Positions 49,591 to 63,606 of a stretch of 64,000 nucleotides of DNA are shown one piece after another. The DNA is from Negaprion brevirostris (taxonomy: Eukaryota). The notes beneath the pieces are model-generated. The model ran no database searches. It had not been told where the DNA came from and saw only the letters and a list, made by a program, of their open reading frames with translations. Each line of letters begins with the position of its first letter. Position 1 is the first letter of the stretch. Both the position numbers and the translations under genes were made by a program. Location of the stretch: the NCBI GenBank assembly GCA_030324005.1, contig JARDVH010000073.1:48823502-48887501 (forward strand), written 5' to 3'.

Positions 49591-52500
49591 ACCAAAAAAA
49601 TTCTAAGTGCGCAAATGAGCATCAAAGCGGGAGAGAGGTTCTTGGGTAAGTTAAAAATTGAATCGTACTTCACTCAGAGGAAAAATGAAGCAAGGTCTCT
49701 TTCCTGCCAGTAGGAGGAGGGGGCAGGGCCTAAGCTCACCCAAAAGCTAGCAGGTTGCAGCAGAGAGCACCATTGTGCATGTGCAGACTTCTCAGTTCTG
49801 TGCAATAGCCCAGTGGCTGTTTTTGTTCTTTGTTCTTTGGGACAAGAGGGTAAGATCACCCCCATCATGACAATTCACAAGAATATCCATGTAAAGGAAA
49901 ACAAACTTGTATTATATGAGAAGAGAGTACCAATTCATTGGCAAGTGGTCTCTGATTATTAAAGGCTTTTAGAAAATGGCATGCAAAATTCCCAACAGAT
50001 ATTAACACCAAGTGAATCTACGTTAGAAAATTAGATAAACATTTCAACAAAAACAATATTGGGAAATGCAAATGCAAGTTAATTGTACAGCTCACATCAT
50101 ATGCATTAAAGAGTTAAAGAGCTACCTCTATGCTGAATTAAAATAAATCCCAAACACTGCTCTTATCCTGGTTTTTGACTTTATCTTCTTCATGCTACCC
50201 TTAGCTCCATCACCAACGAAAGAATGAACTAATTCACATTTATCCTTGAGCGGTATCTTCATTTTATCAGGTTTCGCATGTTTCCATCCATCTGGTATGA
50301 GAAAGAGATAACTATAAATACAATTGTACACAAGTAACAGGATAAAAAGCGATTCCCCTGTTTGATGGGTCTTTTAAGAGGGAGAGAAGGATCTCCATCA
50401 CCCTCCCACTGTCCATTCCAAACTGGGCCCAACAGCATTTGCTCGCCACCTTGTGTGTGTAAGTGGAGGGTGCAGGTGATAACTGCTCATTTGGACCTGT
50501 ATAAAAAAGCAAATTAAATGCTACGAGATAAAAGAAAATTAATACAAAATAAACAAAAAAGCAGGGCGAGGAGGATGCTGGGCCAAATCTTCCTCAGGGC
50601 ATAGAAAACCTGACATACACACATTTTCAGTTCACAAACTACACACCCTACCCATTCAAAGATTATTTGTGACTTTTCACACCAGGGTCTGATTGACTGT
50701 GTAGTTTGCAAGCCATAAATCAGTGTGGGAGCAGTGTGATTGCAATGGTTAGAAGGCTGCCTTGGTTCTCTAACACAGTATCAAAACTTCCAACCATGTT
50801 TAAAGACACACTAAACGTCACCCCTCACTTCCATCAGCCACAGCCAGCTCCCATGTCTGTCCATTCCCCCTCAGATCACTCGCTCCATCTCAATGCCTCC
50901 TATACATCCTCCTTAGCCCCTCACCCAGCTTGCACTAGGTATAGCCCTCAGATTCCATGCAATATCAATCAAAAATTTTACATTCCTTGGAGAAAAATGA
51001 ACCATTCTCCATCTATTAAAAGCTTCCATATCATTGATAATAGAAAATACTTTCTGTCATGTGAAAAAATATCCTTGTAATGTTTACAATCCTATTAGCT
51101 TATATCAACAAGCCAGAAAGCACATCAAAGGCACAATATGTTATTACAACTTCTTGGAACTGTCATTCACTCTCAGATGAATGGAGCAACCTACTGTGCT
51201 AAAACCATTGGCACCTGAAACTCAGCACTGATAATAGCCACAAATGCACAAAAGATAGAGTCCTTTTTGGGATGGAAAGAACAGGTGCACATTTCAATTT
51301 CAAAGCACAGTACCTATCAATCAATGTAAGGAAGTAGATGGTTAGATCTTTCTCAAGTGTCAACACCAAGTCTTTTTTTTAATCAATCAGCAATTTAAGT
51401 CACAGTAGAAAAGATGACAGCACAAGCAGACTGGGTATTTCAGTGCTTTCTCTTTTGGGAAAAGACTTATGTATGTGATCAAATCACATACACAAGGCTG
51501 GTCAACTTACCTTTGTAGGAAGGATCCCTACGACAAATCTTTACATTAAAAACACGTCTACACTACAATGCAGCAGTGAATAGTGACACTTGAAGATATC
51601 AAAGGACTTTACACAGACCTTACAAAATGATCTTGACAATTGTCATTTTTCTCCGAAAAGAGACTTTCTATTTTCTTGAAGAACTGTCAATCCGGGTGTA
51701 CTTTATTAGGCTTCCAAAACTCCTGCACCACCAGATGAAAGTTATGTGCAAGAGGAAATCTGCTTTTTGGCCCCTTTTAAAATGGAGAACATGATGTCAG
51801 CGGGTCAAGTCCCGATCCGCAAAAAAGGCCAGAGAAAAACTGTGCAAGGTCAGGGATACTGAGGAAATTCATATTTTCTCCAAATGAACCCACCTGACCA
51901 TTCATTGACTGAAATGTACCTTCAATCCTGATAAAAACATGGCCCATTAGTTCAGAATAAGGTTAACCCAGACAGTCACCAAGGGGAACAGGGATATTAT
52001 ACAATCAATGAGTCAAGACTCCCCGCCAATGGATTAAATGAAATGCCTAATGTTTCTCTCATTGATCATTCTGTATTGACACCCGCTGGAAATAGTTGAA
52101 GAGACAGAATCTGACTCAACAGTGTTGTCGCAGGTGGTAAAAGTTCATTGATTGGCTGTTTGAGTGAAGTAAATGAGAAGCTAAACATGTTCAGGAGAGA
52201 AAAAAGGAACAAAGGAATGAAGAGAAGGAAATAATGGGACAGGTAGAAATAGTAGATTATATTCTGCACAAGTAACCTTTACAAAAGGGCTTGCATAACT
52301 GATAATTGTCATAAAGCCCTTAATAACCTATTTATTGTAAATTCATCAGAAACAGTGCTAATTAATGTAGGGATTTCCCCATATGTACTTCGCCAATCCC
52401 CATTCAGGAAAGATTTATTTTTAAAGAAACTAAATTATTCACTGGTTCACAAATTGTTCAGTTAAAGTAATGGGAGCACGCTTGGACAAATTAGATCTGA

Positions 52501-53057
52501 TGACATTATGACAGATTTTGATATAGTATTTTAGAATCAAGGTGGCTTATTAACATACTTGTTGAACAGAAGTGCTCTGGACTTCTCTCATCTTTGCTGG
52601 ATATTACTGACTTGGATCCTGATTTTTGCAGTGCCTGTTTTAAATAATGATGGTGCACGCTCACTTTTTTTGCTTTGATCAAGCATAGCTTCTGTTTATT
52701 CAGTGAGGGAGGAGGTATTTTACAGAGGGCCCAAGAAAGGTTTCCAAACTGTTTGGTTCTTTCCCAATTTCTGATAAAATTAATATGTCACCAATTCCAA
52801 TTCCAATATTGTTTAGAGGACAACATGTGAACTTAGAGAAATTCTCCTCATCTCAACAGCCTCTTCCCCCTTCTTCCCCACTGAAGAAGTCTTGCTTTCA
52901 TTGTGAACATTGTGCCCCCCTAACCACCGCCCCTCCCCACCACCAGCGCAATGTTGCCTTGTCAATGCTTTCCGTTAGCTGTTTTTCACTAATGTGAGCT
53001 TTTGTTTTCCTTTTTCACCTTTCTTTCTTTTCTCTCTTCCGTGTCTGAAAAAGCAAA

Positions 53058-53087
53058 AACACACACACACACGGACACACACACACA
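53058..53087. repeat. Interrupted (CA)n microsatellite
   Basis: Direct reading. Confidence 0.85.
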
Positions 53088-53742
53088 TGGGCATGGACAC
53101 AGAAATGCCCAAACGTATACATGGGCATAGACACACATTCTCTGCTGCCTTATTCAAGTGGTCATTCTAATTACATGAATCTGAGGGCAATGGGATATTT
53201 GGTCACCAGAGTGTCAACAGCTTGGTCTAATCCACTCTCATCTATTAGACATGGATCCAAAGAACATTAATCATTGAAGCGTGAACCCTGACTGGTTGTT
53301 ACCCCCTACTCCTGATTGTAGGACCCCATTACTGTTCCATCTGAGGTCAGTTAGCTCAGCACGAATCAGTTTGGGATTTCTTAGTATGCATGTTTCAGGA
53401 CTAAAGCAGATAATATTTTCATCCTTATATCCAAATAGTTTCATGGTCTCATTTCTCCCTATTCTGTAACCTCTACCAGTCCCATAGCCTTCATTATGCT
53501 CTACTTTTCTTCAATGCAAAGATATTAATCATACACAAGGATTGGTGAAGTAATGATGTGAATCCATTATTTAAAGATAAGATCATATACAGATGTTTAG
53601 ATGTACTAAGATGCACCAAGTGTACATTAGATGTACTACTTTTCATACACCTAATCTTTACCCAACCACTTGCCTACTGCCTGTAAGCCATGGGATTAAT
53701 ACATCACATCCTGTTGGTGTGGTCTTGTCAGTAGTTTAAGAT

Positions 53743-53930
53743 TGGTTTAGCTTAAATGGGTGGACAGCTGGCTTGTGGTACAGAGTGATGCCAACAGGGT
53801 GGGTTCATACTGACAGATTACTTATGAAGGCCTCTCTTCTCAACCTTGCCCCTCTCCTAAGTTGTGATGACCCTCAAGTTTATTCACCACTAGCTTATGG
53901 TTATTTGGGAATTTGGTGACTTTACATTTT
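53743..53930 (+). mobile_element. tRNA-derived SINE
   Basis: tttagcttaaatgggtggacagctgg..cagagtgatgccaacagggtgggttca; similar to 27186-27300. Confidence 0.6.
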
Positions 53931-53959
53931 AGTTTAAGAGATTCTCCTATCCTTTCATA

Positions 53960-54240
53960 ACAATCTTCAAAGAACTGTGTATTTCTCTAATTTGGGCCTC
54001 TTGCGCAACCCTGATTTCCTTCACCCCACTATCAGAGGCTGTGTCTTCAACTATCTGTTCCCTAAGTCCTGGAATCTCCCTCCTTAAATCACTCCTACAC
54101 TTTCTGCCCTCCTATTCTTTTAGCCAAAAATCTTATGTGGCTTGATGTAAAATTTTGCCTGAACATATTCTTGTTAAGTGCCTGGGACATTTTCTTGTGT
54201 TAAATGTGCCACATCAATACAAATTGTCATTATTGTTGTG
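53960..54240 (+). mobile_element. L2-type LINE 3' fragment
   Basis: ggcctcttgcgca..ggctgtgtcttcaac..ctggaatctccctcc..gtgcctgggacatttt; similar to 56430-57097. Confidence 0.5.
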
Positions 54241-56429
54241 GTGCACGTATTGACTGAGCCATCAGCCAGTCTCAGAATACATTAATTAAGGCAAATGTAC
54301 TACATTTTGTACTTTTTATTATTGGTAATGAATGCTGATGTCTATATTGAGCCCAGAATGTGAAGCAGATGCAGAACATGTTCAATTCAGATGAAATATA
54401 ACTAAAACAAAAGAACATGAACCATACTTTATCATCCTAGAAGCATTAGCTGAAAATAAAACCAGCAAATCAAAGCCGATATTAGTCACTAACAGTTAAC
54501 TGTTGAGATAGTTCTTCTCGAACTGAAGTAGGCTTTAACTTTTAAATAACAATATCTGCCTGAACTTGAGATGCTGGATTTCAAAATCTTCCTGATTCCC
54601 TCCCAGAGCCTCCCGAATTCCCCCCCACCAGAATCAGAAGCAACTTTGCTAACAAAATCACAGTTAACTTTACTCAGCCCAGTTTAAGTAACTTAGCCGA
54701 CCTTTTAACTTTATATTAACTGAAGCAACATGTGCGTATGCATAATATAGAGGACTTGATGAGAGCCAAGACGCAGGTGGCCATATAATTCCAAGCTGTT
54801 TGGTTATGTTCAGCTTCTCCTCCAGGTGTTCCTGGTTAACAGTGGCTTTTCCCACACGTTTACTGTGAGAATATGCATGCATGAATACTAAGCAGTTATA
54901 ATGAGCTGAGTGAGGTAGGTTACACATTTACTGTACATTGGCTGTCGGGCAAGTTCTTCAACTCTGACATGTCAAAGGGACTGAAGCATTAATGTCATTC
55001 TTATTAAAGTGGCATATCCACAATGAGGGAAGAAAATGGGTGTAATTTCTGTATCTTTCCTATCAAACTATACAGTTAGAAAATACCTTTATTAATTAAG
55101 GGAGGTGGTTACTTTCCTGGTTGATTTAGAAGGACATAATAATTAATGGGCCATATCTTCCTGATTCCCAGTNNNNNNNNNNNNNNNNNNNNNNNNNNNN
55201 NNNNNNNNNNNNNNNNNNNNNNNNNNNNNNNNNNNNNNNNNNNNNNNNNNNNNNNNNNNNNNNNNNNNNNNNNNNNNNNNNNNNNNNNNNNNNNNNNNNN
55301 NNNNNNNNNNNNNNNNNNNNNNNNNNNNNNNNNNNNNNNNNNNNNNNNNNNNNNNNNNNNNNNNNNNNNNNNNNNNNNNNNNNNNNNNNNNNNNNNNNNN
55401 NNNNNNNNNNNNNNNNNNNNNNNNNNNNNNNNNNNNNNNNNNNNNNNNNNNNNNNNNNNNNNNNNNNNNNNNNNNNNNNNNNNNNNNNNNNNNNNNNNNN
55501 NNNNNNNNNNNNNNNNNNNNNNNNNNNNNNNNNNNNNNNNNNNNNNNNNNNNNNNNNNNNNNNNNNNNNNNNNNNNNNNNNNNNNNNNNNNNNNNNNNNN
55601 NNNNNNNNNNNNNNNNNNNNNNNNNNNNNNNNNNNNNNNNNNNNNNNNNNNNNNNNNNNNNNNNNNNNNNNNNNNNNNNNNNNNNNNNNNNNNNNNNNNN
55701 NNNNNNNNNNNNNNNNNNNNNNNNNNNNNNNNNNNNNNNNNNNNNNNNNNNNNNNNNNNNNNNNNNNNNNNNNNNNNNNNNNNNNNNNNNNNNNNNNNNN
55801 NNNNNNNNNNNNNNNNNNNNNNNNNNNNNNNNNNNNNNNNNNNNNNNNNNNNNNNNNNNNNNNNNNNNNNNNNNNNNNNNNNNNNNNNNNNNNNNNNNNN
55901 NNNNNNNNNNNNNNNNNNNNNNNNNNNNNNNNNNNNNNNNNNNNNNNNNNNNNNNNNNNNNNNNNNNNNNNNNNNNNAACATTAGACAGGGGTCATGGGT
56001 AGAGAGGTGGTGTTGAGATGGCAGCGCGGGCTCGTTGGGCCGAAAGGCCTGTTTCCCAGGCTGATTTTGTTCTTTGTTCTTTATTATTACCTGGCTGTAT
56101 TGCCTGACAAGCACGCGAGTTAAGTGCAAACCTGCGCTCATCTAACCAGCCTGAAGCATACTTATCCACAGCGGGGTCATTAGATAATAGTTTCAATTGC
56201 TCATTTTCCCCTCTCCCCAACACTGGGGCACTGAGGCTATTTGTAAAACCCCTGTGGTTGGGATCAGTGAATTCAGTCCTGATTGCAAGTAGAGTAATGT
56301 TTAATGTTACAGTATCAGGCATGACTCCAACACCACGTTGTGACAATTTGCAATTTGCAAAAACTAGCATCATTAAATTTTTAAGGAAGGACTCCTAAGA
56401 ATGGACTCCAGGACAAAAATCCAAATTTT

Positions 56430-57097
56430 CATCTTTCCTTTTGCCCTCTGTAACCTCCCCCAGCCCTCTGAGAAATCTACAGTCTTCAAACTGCGGTCTT
56501 GTCCGCACCTCCACACTTTGCCCTTTGTTCCAAACTTAGAAACTGGGCCTTCAGCCATTCAGGCCTAAGCTCTGCCATTTCCTTCCTAAACCATGAACTC
56601 AGGGCATTGAGGGGCATAGACAAGATAGATAGTCAATATCTTTTCCCAAAGGTCGGGGAGTCTAAAACTAGAGGGCATAGGTTTAAGGTGAGAGGGGAGA
56701 GATACAAAAGTATCCAGAGGGGCGATTTTTTCACACAGAGGGAACAAGCTGCCAGATGTAGTAGTAGAGGTGGATACAATTTTATCTTTTAAAAAGCATT
56801 TAGATAATTACATGGGTACAATAGTATAGAGGGATAGGGGCCAACTGCCGGCAATTGGGATTAGCTTAGGGGTTTTTAAAGAAAGGACAGCATGGACAAA
56901 TTGGGCCAAAGGGCCTGTTTCCATGCTTTAAACCTCTATTACTCTATGACCACTCAGCTGCCTTTAAAGATACTCCTTAAAAAACTGCCAATCTTTTGGT
57001 CATCCTATTGCCTCCTTCTTTAGCTGTGTCGTTTTATGATGGATGATTATGTCCAGGGATAGCTCCTTGGGATGTTTTATTATAAATACAAGTTGCT
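56430..57097 (+). mobile_element. L2-type 3' fragment interrupted by a CR1 3' end (about 56600-56950)
   Basis: CR1 ORF2 end RGIDKIDSQYLFPKVGESKTRGHRFKVRGER..FFTQR plus tail gggcctgtttccatgct, inside gccttcagcc..ctctgccatttccttcctaaac / ctccttaaaa..cttgggatgttt. Confidence 0.7.
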
Positions 57098-59336
57098 TAT
57101 GGAGCAGAGAGCCACTCAATGCTGAATCGCCCAATCCTTTGTGAGCTTGGAATGAATCCTGGAGATGAGGTGTAAAACAGAGAGGCNNNNNNNNNNTGAT
57201 ATTAGGATCATTGGGTGAATTTCTCCCTTAATGTTCTGGAAGACGGGTTTGAGATTAGCCAGGGTGTGGTTCACTACTCGACTTGTATCAATGTTGATAC
57301 ATACAATCTCCAGAGTGTGAGATGTTGATGTAACAGTCTGTCAAGGCAGATAAGAGCTTTCTCCAGTATTTGCTCCATTTTTTCTAGCAACTCTCTTGTA
57401 GTGGATCAAAAATTGCTGTCCAGCTATTTTCAAACTTTGTGCACTTTGAGTGAGTGGCCAGACAGAGATTCCCGGTNNNNNNNNNNNNNNNNNNNNNNNN
57501 NNNNNNNNNGCTGATAGCGCAGTCGAGTGCTCTGAACAAAAAATTACACCGTTGTACTTTGGGTCTTGGTTACAAGAAATTAGCATGTACCGATCAAAAG
57601 TATACATTTGTTCAGAAATTATCACTATCCACTCAACTAAGAGCTAGGACTACAAAATATATAACATATGAGTTTAGTTAGCCAATTACAATTTGAGCAT
57701 GTCTATTTAATTATAATGTCATCAAGCATGTATTCTCTCTACATGCCTACTAACTTCCAGAGGAGTAGGATAGATATCTGTATGATCAGTGGGGTATCAA
57801 ATTCCCATTGTTCCTTGTTTTAGTGGATATACACAAGTTGCAGCTGTAAAGCGGTCAATAGGATTTTTGTATGCGTACTGTGACCAGGGTCTTGCTTGCA
57901 ATTAAAAGTTTCATGGTCCTTGACTGTTATCTGGAGGCCATCTGGTGCTGAGACATTGGGCTTCTCAGAGCTTTTCTGTCTTTGCAGTCTCTCAAAGTTC
58001 AGCAGTTAGCATCTTGTATTATTTACTTTCTTTTGAAACCTTTTCACGCTCCAGCCATTCTGGATGCTGCTCGATTCCCATGTGCTAAACCTGGCATCCT
58101 GTATCAGCTTTCCTTGATGCTCCTGTGGAAGTGTTCTTACTCTACTTGTGTGGCATTTGAGTGGATGCCCTCTCCTTCCCCCTTCTGTGGCACGTGATCA
58201 CAAAGTGCTGTTTTGGATTGGGGTAGCAGTAGGTTTGGTTTGTTTAGTTTTGACCTGCTGCACTATCCATGGTGTGTGTGAGTTTCTTTAAGCGAGAAGA
58301 AAGTCTTTCTACTTCCATAGAGAGGCAATGAATTGAAGCCTCCTGTGAATATAGCACGTGGTAAACCAAACATCACAGAAAATTCTGGTGACTTTAATGA
58401 GGTGAATTGAACTGATTTTGAAAAATTGTGTTCCATTGTTAAAGTTGATAGTTTGCATTTAAGATGTGCTCAGATCGCCATCTTATGGCAATGCTCTGTA
58501 GTGTAAAATTACTGCCCTCATAAAATCAATCCCATACAACAGCCACTAACTAATGGCTCAAAGATCACAAAGGAAGTACAGATATGAAGAAAAGTTTAGA
58601 TCAACTATCTGACCTTTCCAGAGAGACTGTACTCGCATCCTCTCCAGCCAATAGTCTTTTGATATGAATAGTACTGCTGTGTTACACTTACTTTCTATCA
58701 CTTGGAATGCTTCACTGGCAGGGAAGATTCTTTCACATTACATTAATCTTCTGACTATCTGTGAAGACAGCTGCAGGAAAATGTTTTATGCACTGACGCA
58801 CATTTGGTCCCTTCTTTTGTACTATCCATTCCATTGGCTTTACTCATGCATGGATGTCTTCTAGAAACTACTGATGACCCTTCACATGTGGCACGAATAA
58901 GAGATGGCAGGTTGTTTGGTGTGAGCAGGTCTCTCATGGAATTGGTCAGTCCTTGGTTCTTTTGGATGGGGCACAGATGCGAGGCGGTGGAGAGGCAGCT
59001 TTGGCAATAGGTGCCGTTTGAGAGGGGTAACAGTGCCATGTGTGAGCCTCTCCATCATCAATCCTCCACTGTTACATGCATCTTATTGAAATGAAAGAAA
59101 TTGTAGGGCTCCGGGGAAAAGGAATGGAATGAGGTGATTAATTTGCCAGAAAACTGGAACAAATGCAGGTCAAGTGGCCTCCAGCACCTATTCTATGATT
59201 TTATAGCTGTTGGGCCTGGGAATGAAATTCTTTGTGAAGTTTAAGGACTGCCCCAATAGAACCCTGTGTCATCCAGCGCTTTTGCACAGTGAGGAAAACT
59301 CCTGAAAGTTTATACGGAGCAGGGAAGTGTCAGTTG

Positions 59337-59655
59337 GGCAGCATGATAACACAGTGGATAGCACTGCTGCTTCACAGCTCCAGAGTCCTGGGTTCGATTC
59401 CCGGCTTGGGTCACTGTCTGTTTGGAGTTTGTACATTCTCCTTGTGTCTGTGTGGGTTTCCTCCCAAAGATGTGTGGGTTAGGCTGATTGGCCATGCTAA
59501 GAAATTGCTCCTTAGTGTCCAGGGATGTGTAGGTCTTAGGGATTAGTGGGTATAATAGGTAGGGACATGGGGGTAGGGCCTGGGTGGGATTGTGGTCAGG
59601 GCAGACTCAATGGGCCAAATGGCCTCTTTTTGCACCATAGGATTCTATGATTATT
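59337..59655 (+). mobile_element. HE1-type V-SINE, full length
   Basis: Head with ggttcgattcc, V core, and tail gggccaaatggcctc..ggattctatgatt. Confidence 0.9.
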
Positions 59656-59769
59656 CTAGTTCAAACACAGCAGGCTGTTGTCCAACAGCGTGCTCTCCCC
59701 CACTCCTTGCATTGTGTTTTGGACAAACCCAAATAACTGCAAAATAGATTTTATATTCATATAGTAACT

Positions 59770-61190
59770 TTTTGTTCATTCACAGGATGTGGATGTCATT
59801 GGCTAGGCCAGTAATTATTGCCCATCTCAAATTGCCCTTGTGAATGTGGCGCTGAGCTGCCATCTTGAATTGCTGCAGACCCTGGGGTGTAGATACACAC
59901 TCTGCTGTTAGGGAGGGTATTCTAGGATTTTGAACCAGTGACAGCGAAGGAACAGCGATATATTTCCAAGTCAGGATAGTGAGTGACTTGGAGGGAACTT
60001 ACAGATGGCATTCCCAGATATCTGCTGTCNNNNNNNNNNNNNNNNNNNNNNNNNNNNNNNNNNNNNNNNNNNNNNNNNNNNNNNNNNNNNNNNNNNNNNN
60101 NNNNNNNNNNNNNNNNNNNNNNNNNNNNNNNNNNNNNNNNNNNNNNNNNNNNNNNNNNNNNNNNNNNNNNNNNNNNNNNNNNNNNNNNNNNNNNNNNNNN
60201 NNNNNNNNNNNNNNNNNNNNNNNNNNNNNNNNNNNNNNNNNNNNNNNNNNNNNNNNNNNNNNNNNNNNNNNNNNNNNNNNNNNNNNNNNNNNNNNNNNNN
60301 NNNNNNNNNNNNNNNNNNNNNNNNNNNNNNNNNNNNNNNNNNNNNNNNNNNNNNNNNNNNNNNNNNNNNNNNNNNNNNNNNNNNNNNNNNNNNNNNNNNN
60401 NNNNNNNNNNNNNNNNNNNNNNNNNNNNNNNNNNNNNNNNNNNNNNNNNNNNNNNNNNNNNNNNNNNNNNNNNNNNNNNNNNNNNNNNNNNNNNNNNNNN
60501 NNNNNNNNNNNNNNNNNNNNNNNNNNNNNNNNNNNNNNNNNNNNNNNNNNNNNNNNNNNNNNNNNNNNNNNNNNNNNNNNNNNNNNNNNNNNNNNNNNNN
60601 NNNNNNNNNNNNNNNNNNNNNNNNNNNNNNNNNNNNNNNNNATTTCCAAGTCAGGATAGTGAGTGACTTGGAGGGAACTTACCGATGGCATTCCCAGATA
60701 TCTGCTGTCTTTGTCCTCTCGATGGTAGCGACCATGGGTTTGGAATATGCTAAGGAACTTTGGTGAGTTCCTGCAGTGCATCTTTTAGATGCTACACACT
60801 GCTGCCACTGTTCATCAGTGGTGGAGGGATTGAATGTTTGAGGAAGGGGTAGCAATCACACGGCTGCTTTGTCCTGGATGATGTTGAGCTTCTTGTGTTG
60901 TTGGAACTGCACTCATCCAGGCAAATTGAAGGTTTTCCATCACACTCCTGAAATGTATCATAGATGGTGGACAGGCTTTGGGAAATCAGGAAATGAGTTA
61001 CTCACCACATTCCTAGCATCTGACCTGCTCTTGTAACCATATTTTTAATATAGCTAGTCCGGTTCAGTTTCTGGTTAATGTTAACCTCCAGAATGTTGAT
61101 AGTAGGAAAATTCAGCAGAGGCAATGTTATTGAATGTCAAGAAAATGTCCTCTCTTCTTTGAGATGGGTATTGCTCTGTACTTGTGTGTG
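59770..61190 (-). mobile_element. CR1/L2-group LINE 3' portion (RT C-terminal region and tail), spanning a gap
   Basis: The minus strand encodes remnants like VTHFLISQSLSTIY..RSVME..AWMSAVPT..KLNIIQDKA. The tail gggcaataattactggcctagcc is shared with the SINE at 24265. Confidence 0.8.
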
Positions 61191-62261
61191 TGCATTTAGA
61201 GAGTTACACTAGTGCTTCTAGGATGATAAAGTATGTATTCTTTGTAATTTATTTCCTGAACATCTAATGTCATATTAAAGTAGAGCTAGTAAAGTAGCTG
61301 ACTAAACAGTGCCCCACGTCAGTATTTAAAAAAACTCAATTGGATTTTGCCATTACTGGCAAGGCCAATGTTTGTTGCCAATTCCCAAGGAGGTGGTGGT
61401 GGTGGAGATTAAATCAACTGAAGATCAGAAAGAACAGGGAATCCAGGAAATGAAGATGGAAACAAAGAAGACAGCAACGTGAAGTGCCGCAGGTAAATAT
61501 ACCCACAAGTATTAAAATAGTCAGGAAGGGGAAGTCAGAGATTGAGTATAGGAGGTGGGGGCAGAGGATTTAGTTTAAGTTCCAAAATTACAGGAGGAAC
61601 AGTCCTGGGACAGATCGGTTTTGGTAGATTAAGCCATCGAGTTTCATTTTCAATAATGGACATGCAGACATTCTGTCAGATGGCATATTTCCAACAAGGA
61701 AGGATGACACGAGCTGAGATTGGCTAGAGAGGGCTATCAATAAAACAGGGACAGATGAGAAATTGAAAAGATGGTGTTTTTCCAAACTGCCAAGTCAATG
61801 TTCATATTCTTTATTTTGAACAAGGTCAACCTTAAATTTTATGTTCTTTAGAAATTTAAAATAGGCATTCATCATCTTCAACATAAATTCTGTACTTTAA
61901 AGAAAACCAGAGACGTTAATTTGCCACAGACATTTCAGAAAAGTTAGTGGTGCTAACAAAAGCCAGATCTTTCAGACTGCCACATGCAAACATATCTTCA
62001 ACATTAGAACTAGATGGGATAGAGATGAATGAAATAATTTCTTTTAAAATGTTAATCTCAACTTCCAAAAGACAAATTTAAAATGCACAAGAAAATATTC
62101 TTGCATTTTATAATCTGCTAGAATATGTTCTAAGGAGTTAAGATACTGCAACTAATTCAAGCAATTTATGGAAAATCTCCTGAATATGATGTTATGCCAA
62201 AGGAAAAGTTGACTATGTATCACAATGGTCACTTATGGATTGAAGTTTCATTAAATTTACA

Positions 62262-62445
62262 AAAGCAGAATACTGTAGATGCTGAAAATCTGAAATAAAA
62301 ACAGAAAATGTTGGAAATACTTAGCAGATATGGCAGCATTTGTGGAGAGAGAAACACTTAACCTGAAACGTTATTTAACTCTTCATCAGAGCACAAAGGC
62401 TGCCAGACCAGCTGAGTATTTCCAGTATTTTCTGGATTTATTTTT
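62262..62445. mobile_element. Palindromic Penelope-derived element (inverted arms around a hammerhead-like centre)
   Basis: Left arm cagaaaatgttggaaatacttagcagatatggcagcatttgtg pairs with right arm cacaaaggctgccagaccagctgagtatttccagtattttctg. Confidence 0.7.
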
Positions 62446-63144
62446 GATGTTCTGAGACTTTAGACAGTGCCAGGAGCAAGCTAATACAAATCGATCACAC
62501 GTGGAAAAGGTACATTAAACACATTTCCAATCAGCATCCTCATAAAGCAACGGTCAAATGTTCAAACTTGTCCCAGAAGACATGCTATAAAAGCCCAAAG
62601 CAGAGACCAATACATGAAGTGCTCACTTCACACAAATAAATTACAAGAAAACACAGCAGAGAAGGGAGTGGGGAGAGCAAAATAAAATCACCCTCCATAA
62701 TCTGAGCAACCAAAATTTTGGGACCTTACCAATATTAATATTTTGAAAAGATTTTTCATATCTAGATACATTTGTGTACTTTCAAGATTAAAGTATATGG
62801 TGCTGTAACTCAAATCATCAAAAACTATCACATTTGTTTTTACTTTTTGATTTAGGATCAGTATTGTTTTTGCTATTCAAGACGGATGCCACACACTCTG
62901 TAGAATTTGAAACAAGTTGTGCTACTTCATTTTGTTCGTAAGTNNNNNNNNNNNNNNNNNNNNNNNNNNNNNNNNNNNNNNNNNNNNNNNNNNNNNNNNN
63001 NNNNNNNNNNNNNNNNNNNNNNNNNNNNNNNNNNNNNNNNNNNTGCTAAATTGCCCCTTAGTGTTAGAGGGACTAGCAGGGTAAATATGTTGTGTTACAG
63101 GGATAGGGGCTGGGTGGGATTGTTGTCAGTGCAGAAAGGTTTTT

Positions 63145-63316
63145 AACAGCAATGGTTTCATGGTCATCACTAGACTTTCAATTCCAGATTGTTACTGAAT
63201 GTAAATTCCACCATCTGCCATGGTGGGATTTGAACCTGCGTCCCCAGAGCATTACCCTGAGTCTCTGGTTTCTGGACCAGTGACATGCTTCAATGCTTCT
63301 ACACCACCGCTTCCCC
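63145..63316 (-). mobile_element. tRNA-derived SINE 5' half (family of 24265-24757)
   Basis: aatggtttcatggtcatca..aattccaccatctgccatggtgggatttgaacc. Confidence 0.75.
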
Positions 63317-63606
63317 TAATAGCTCTTCATATTGTTCGGTGCCAACATTTGTTCCTGTGAACTGTCTTGCTATGTTGTACTAAGTGAAAGATGCCACAGA
63401 AATTTAACTTGTTACTATTGTTGACTTTTATCACCTGCTGGGATTTGAACAATGTGGGAGCGTCTGGAGTCAATAACAGAAATATTGGACTTCTGTCTTT
63501 GTGAATGCCAGAAGGTTGTAAATGACATAAAATCCAGGGTAGGATGTATTTATTGTGATTCATATTTTTATTCCAAGTTGAAAGGAATGCCAACTCTAAG
63601 TAAAGC

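Noticed and set aside
55143-56141. Long ORFs spanning N runs (also 59979-60781)
   Set aside because: They are open only because N codons contain no stops.
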